From: Polyangiaceae bacterium
GTDB lineage: Bacteria > Myxococcota_A > Polyangia > Polyangiales > Polyangiaceae
Direction of reading: 5' to 3'
Assembly: GCA_044376115.1 (NCBI GenBank)
Contig: JBILLK010000011.1
Location: 256,001-320,000 of the forward strand
DNA: 64,000 bases
The first letter of the stretch is position 1; each line of letters starts with the position of its first letter. Under the pieces are notes generated by a model. It searched no databases. It saw only the letters and a list, made by a program, of their open reading frames with translations, and was not told the DNA's origin. Shown here piece by piece: positions 62,098-64,000 of this stretch. The position numbers and the translations under genes are program-made.

Positions 62098-64000
62098 TTT
62101 TGCTTGGCGGAGGAGCTTGCGACGCAGGTTGCGCCGGTGGTGGAGGTCTTGATCGAGCCTTTGGTCTTCATCGTAACCGTGCCGTCGGAGATCACGATCT
62201 CGGTATCACCAACCTTGAGCGTGAGCTTCTCTTTGCCGGTGTAGGTGGCCTGCTTGGAGTCCTCGGTCAGCTTCATCCGACCAGCGAGCAACAGGTTCTT
62301 ATCGGCTTTGACTTCCCAGTCTTTGCCGACTCGAAGGAGCCGCTTCTTCTCCACGCGGGTGGCGTGCTCCTTGTCGCACTTCTCGAACAAGATGCCGCCG
62401 ATCACCTCGATGCGATTTTTGCCGCTCGTCTCGGTCTTCGACTTCTTGGCGATCTCGAAGTAGAGCCCGCCGACGATGCTGTAGGTGGTCTCGCCGGCTT
62501 GGTTCATGTTGGCTTTGACGCTGAACTCGGTTGCGTTTCCACCAATCGATTGGTTGAAGTTCTGGCCCGATTGGAACTGGTAACTCGAACCAGCGACGTA
62601 GGTGGCGTTGCCGCCTGTCTTCAGCGTGTGATCGGCGGTGACCGTCTCCTCCAACGCCTTGCCCGTGTTTAGCTTGAAGGTCCCACCGATCTCCTTGACC
62701 TGGTTGCCTTCGACCTCCGCGGAGGCGTACGCCTTGAGGGCGATCTTCTTGTCGCCGCCGACTTTGAAGATCTCGTCGTGCCCGACCGTGAGCGAGTCGG
62801 TGTTGTCGATCTGCTCCTTCTTGTTGTGCGCGATGCGGACGTTTTGGTCCTTGTGTGCGGCGAAGGAGATTTGTTCGTTGCCCACGAGATCCTCGAGCTG
62901 CAGGCAGTTCATGCCTGTCTCGGTGCGCGGCGAGGTGAGTGAACGGAGGCTCGTGCGCGTCTTCCACTTGGGCAGCGGGTTGTAGGCAGGATCGCCACCG
63001 TTGTAGACGCGGCCAAGCACGATCGGCCGGTCGGGATCGCCCTCGAGGAACTGCACCATCACCTCCCACTTCGTTCGCGCGACCCCGACCGAATTGGCCG
63101 TGTTGTCCTGAACGACCGGCACCCAGTGCGAGCAGTTGTCGTCTTTGGGTTGCAACCGATCCCAAGGGAAATGGACCTTGGTGTCGCCTGTTTCGTTGGT
63201 GTGAATGTCGGCGCCTGCAGGTCCGGTGGTGAAGCCCGTCAACGGGTTCGGCTCGGTCGGCACGTAGGTCAGCTGTTCGGGCCGGAAGGTGACCGACTCA
63301 CGTTGAGCTTCGAGTGAGACCTTGAAGCCGTTGTTCTCGCGGTGGAAGTCGTGCTTCAGGGCCGTCACGACGTAACCGCCATCGCGAACGCCCATTGGCG
63401 CTCCGCTCATCTCGAAACGTGCACCAACTTGGAGCTCCGCGCAGAAGGACTCACCGATCAAGCGTTGGTGCGCGCAGGCGAGCGCCTCAGCGCGTTTCTT
63501 GGCTTTGATCTGACCTTCACCGGGCTCGAGGTACTCGCCCGGATAGTCGTAGAACTCAGCGCCATTCTCAGTCGGGCCGTCCGCTTCGACGTCCATGTTG
63601 AGGCTCGGATGCGCCGGGTTGAAGTCGCGCAGCGAAACTTTGCCGGCCGTCATCAAGCCGCGCATACCAACCGCCGAGACGCTGTCCTCGTTTTGGTCCA
63701 GGCCGGAGCCGTAGCGGTAGGGCAGGGAGGCGACGCGCGGATCGTAACCGGCGGGGTGATCCCCGAGCACCACGGTGCTGTCGTCGGTGAGGAAGTAGTA
63801 GATGCCCTCGTCTTCGAGCAAGCGCGCTGCGAAGTCGTAGTCGGACTCGCGGAACTGCACGCAGTAGGGCCGCATCACGTAGGACTCACGCAAGCGATTG
63901 TCCACGTTGACGCCCATTTGATTGAGCACCTGCGTGACGATCTCGGGGGCGGTCTTGTCGCGGAAGACCCGAATGTCGACGCGCTTGCGCAGCATCGCAA
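62094..64000 (-). CDS. vgrG: type VI secretion spike protein VgrG (5' end outside the window)
   Basis: RPYCVQFRESDYDFAARLLEDEGIYYF, RDFNP, YDYPG, KVHFPWDR, EVMVQFLEGDPDRPIVLGRVYN, beta-helix C-terminus. Confidence 0.95.
   Translation of the reverse strand, partial: AMLRKRVDIRVFRDKTAPEIVTQVLNQMGVNVDNRLRESYVMRPYCVQFRESDYDFAARLLEDEGIYYFLTDDSTVVLGDHPAGYDPRVASLPYRYGSGLDQNEDSVSAVGMRGLMTAGKVSLRDFNPAHPSLNMDVEADGPTENGAEFYDYPGEYLEPGEGQIKAKKRAEALACAHQRLIGESFCAELQVGARFEMSGAPMGVRDGGYVVTALKHDFHRENNGFKVSLEAQRESVTFRPEQLTYVPTEPNPLTGFTTGPAGADIHTNETGDTKVHFPWDRLQPKDDNCSHWVPVVQDNTANSVGVARTKWEVMVQFLEGDPDRPIVLGRVYNGGDPAYNPLPKWKTRTSLRSLTSPRTETGMNCLQLEDLVGNEQISFAAHKDQNVRIAHNKKEQIDNTDSLTVGHDEIFKVGGDKKIALKAYASAEVEGNQVKEIGGTFKLNTGKALEETVTADHTLKTGGNATYVAGSSYQFQSGQNFNQSIGGNATEFSVKANMNQAGETTYSIVGGLYFEIAKKSKTETSGKNRIEVIGGILFEKCDKEHATRVEKKRLLRVGKDWEVKADKNLLLAGRMKLTEDSKQATYTGKEKLTLKVGDTEIVISDGTVTMKTKGSIKTSTTGATCVASSSAKQK

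Overview
GC-rich, gene-dense bacterial window. Its content (several Ser/Thr kinases, many lipoproteins, a DUF2169/VgrG cassette) looks like a myxobacterium, probably Polyangiaceae/Sorangium-like; this is inferred from gene content, not from a marker gene. The main highlight is a compact, apparently co-transcribed photosensory module at 7088-15948. It is built around a photoactive yellow protein (PYP) homologue retaining the Tyr42/Glu46/Cys69 equivalents. Its neighbours are a protein with nine near-identical 27-28 aa tandem repeats, a divergently encoded paralogue of that protein, a catalytically degenerate CheA-like protein, a CheW-less PAS-PAS-Hpt-HATPase kinase, a degenerate acyl-CoA-ligase-like protein and a shortened LeuA-like synthase. 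No tyrosine ammonia-lyase is visible in the window. Other notable elements: an H-NOX gene coupled to a GAF-HNOBA hybrid kinase, a c-di-GMP-I (GEMM-I) riboswitch upstream of two lipoprotein genes, a cytochrome bd subunit-I-like/cytochrome c fusion with a CydA-like partner, a GT2/GT4 chimeric glycosyltransferase near tRNA-Leu(GAG), several pseudo-enzymes, and a T6SS VgrG cassette with a minimal PAAR-like protein carrying an unrecognised C-terminal domain. All calls come from motif reading only; no database searches were run.
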